From IMG/VR virus record IMGVR_UViG_3300020043_002687, positions 1 to 44,874 of that record: a DNA stretch of 44,874 nt. The stretch is one strand, 5' to 3'. Below the pieces are notes generated by a model that did not search any database, had not been told where the DNA came from, and saw nothing but the letters and a program-made list of their open reading frames with translations. Numbering within the stretch: position 1 is the stretch's first letter; the number at the start of each line of letters is the position of its first letter. The DNA comes from a virus. Its lineage: Duplodnaviria; Caudoviricetes. Below are positions 44,196-44,874 of the stretch, one piece after another. Both the position numbers and the translations under genes were made by a program.

Positions 44196-44874
44196 ATGCC
44201 TTGGGGAAAACTGAACTTTGAGAACAACTACTTTGCTGTAGCCAAAGGTGAGGTATCAGACAACACCACTGTCTTTATTAGTGGGGTCAACCTTTTGAGT
44301 AACCCCCTCACTATGCCAGAGACTATTTGGAATGTTGGTGGTGCCTATCCTTGGGCTGCTTGGAACGGTGGCAGTAAGCGTTTGTACCTTGTAAGTACAA
44401 GTGCTTCAGACACCTACCAAGTCGTTCTGAATGGCCTTGACAATAATTACAACCCAATCACTGAAATTGTCACTTTGAATGGGCTTACCTCTGTAGCTAC
44501 AGTTGCAGCTAACTACTTCCGTTTGAATAGCGCCCTTTATCTTGATGGTGCTAACTCCAATATAGGGGATATTACTATCCGTGTTGGTAGCGCTGTTGGT
44601 CCAATCGTTGGTTTGATTGCAGACACTGAGGGTAGTACCTCAATGGCTATCTATACAGTCCCGGCTGGACACACTGCGTATAGCACCTATGGTGACTTCT
44701 CTTGCAACAAGAATGAATCTGCCCGTCTTGTAGCTAGGTGGAGGTTTATCAATACTAGCTTTATCAACGTGTACGCTACAGAGGTGTACCAACAGTTTAT
44801 CACAGCTAACCCACCTGTTCCGGGTGCTATCCCTGAGAAGACTGACCTTGATAACCAAATCCATCAGGTATCGA
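44196..44874 (+). CDS. 248-aa probable virion protein (continues at 122..189 across the join)
   Basis: GGAG RBS; ETIW..GG.YPW, GLD.NY....E.V.LNG, YTVPAG.TAY, PEKTD; missed by the ORF track because no stop occurs before the window end. Confidence 0.8.
   Translation, partial: MPWGKLNFENNYFAVAKGEVSDNTTVFISGVNLLSNPLTMPETIWNVGGAYPWAAWNGGSKRLYLVSTSASDTYQVVLNGLDNNYNPITEIVTLNGLTSVATVAANYFRLNSALYLDGANSNIGDITIRVGSAVGPIVGLIADTEGSTSMAIYTVPAGHTAYSTYGDFSCNKNESARLVARWRFINTSFINVYATEVYQQFITANPPVPGAIPEKTDLDNQIHQVS
44754..44874. repeat. Terminal overlap identical to 1..121
   Basis: Direct sequence identity. Confidence 0.95.

Noticed and set aside
44754-44874. 121-bp end repeat as a biological direct terminal repeat
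   Set aside because: It lies inside a coding sequence and has a k-mer-like length, so an assembler overlap is more likely
1-44874. Frequent GTAGC/GCTAC words; tRNA genes; lysogeny module
   Set aside because: The word frequency may simply reflect GTA-GCT/GCT-ACA codon pairs and needs a codon-shuffled test; no tRNA cloverleaf, integrase or CI-like repressor was recognised by eye

Overview
This window is an apparently complete tailed-phage genome. The first 121 nt repeat the last 121 nt and one ORF reads through the join, giving a circle of about 44,753 bp. It is a siphovirus-type phage with no visible integrase or repressor. The host is probably an alphaproteobacterium (inference from promoter style, GANTC clusters and gene content). 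The + strand arm (about 34,965, across the join, to 14,409) carries early genes, terminases, portal, head, tail and lysis genes. The - strand arm (about 34,170 to 14,500) carries a sigma-70-like factor, T7-like primase-helicase, family A polymerase, SSB, ThyX, exo/endonucleases, a methyltransferase, class II ribonucleotide reductase, glutaredoxin and PhoH. The best-supported unusual feature is a 173-nt ORF-less group I intron that splits the catalytic Cys codon of nrdJ. Other notable signals: early promoters carrying GANTC (CcrM/GcrA-type) sites; a three-copy composite promoter likely linked to the phage sigma factor; duplicated genes with variable 11-aa repeats; Ocr-like and Acb4-like anti-defence candidates; a putative homing endonuclease that may have captured the portal C-terminus. 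All product calls come from recognising motifs by eye; no database searches were run.
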